Positions 63,943-64,000 of a stretch of DNA of 64,000 nucleotides are shown piece by piece (within the stretch, counting starts at the first letter, position 1; each line of letters starts with the position of its first letter). The translations under genes and the position numbers were made by a program. The notes under the pieces were generated by a model. The model was given only the letters and a program-made list of their open reading frames with translations, was not told where the DNA came from and made no database searches. Origin of the DNA: Octopus sinensis (lineage: Eukaryota); assembly GCF_006345805.1 (NCBI RefSeq), contig NC_043020.1, forward strand, positions 2,976,001 through 3,040,000, in the 5' to 3' direction.

Positions 63943-64000
63943 CTGTGGAAGGAGAATTAATAACACTGCCCTGCCTCAGGTGTATAAAGGAATCTCTGCA

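Noticed and set aside
1-64000. CRISPR arrays, rRNA or prokaryotic operons
   Set aside because: No regularly spaced repeat-spacer array or dense coding; the sequence is eukaryotic intronic/intergenic DNA.

Overview
AT-rich, microsatellite-saturated eukaryotic genomic DNA. The repeat families and simple-repeat density suggest an octopod cephalopod (Octopus-like); that is recognition from memory, not a database result. Only one protein-coding exon is firmly recognisable: a 102-bp minus-strand RAD52 exon (2363-2464) with canonical splice sites. No further RAD52 exon was recognised, so downstream exons probably lie beyond the left edge. The rest is mostly transposable-element debris: two tRNA-derived SINE families, many GAT-tailed RTE 3' ends, decayed RTE, CR1, L1/Tx1, R4/Dong and HERO-like LINE fragments, a mariner derivative, and hAT and piggyBac-type MITEs. 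Almost all ORFs in the supplied track are microsatellite or TE artefacts. The most interesting signal is RNA-level. There are three apparently unrelated, complete or near-complete type-I hammerhead ribozyme motifs (22649, 42863, 62572), each with a (near-)self-complementary helix III, plus degenerate or half copies. One sits in a 344-bp highly structured element with a 10-bp TSD and about 21-nt terminal redundancy, the pattern expected of a retrozyme-like element copied from a circular or multimeric RNA. Several others sit at the axis of long fold-back palindromes. All folds were done by eye; no activity is demonstrated.
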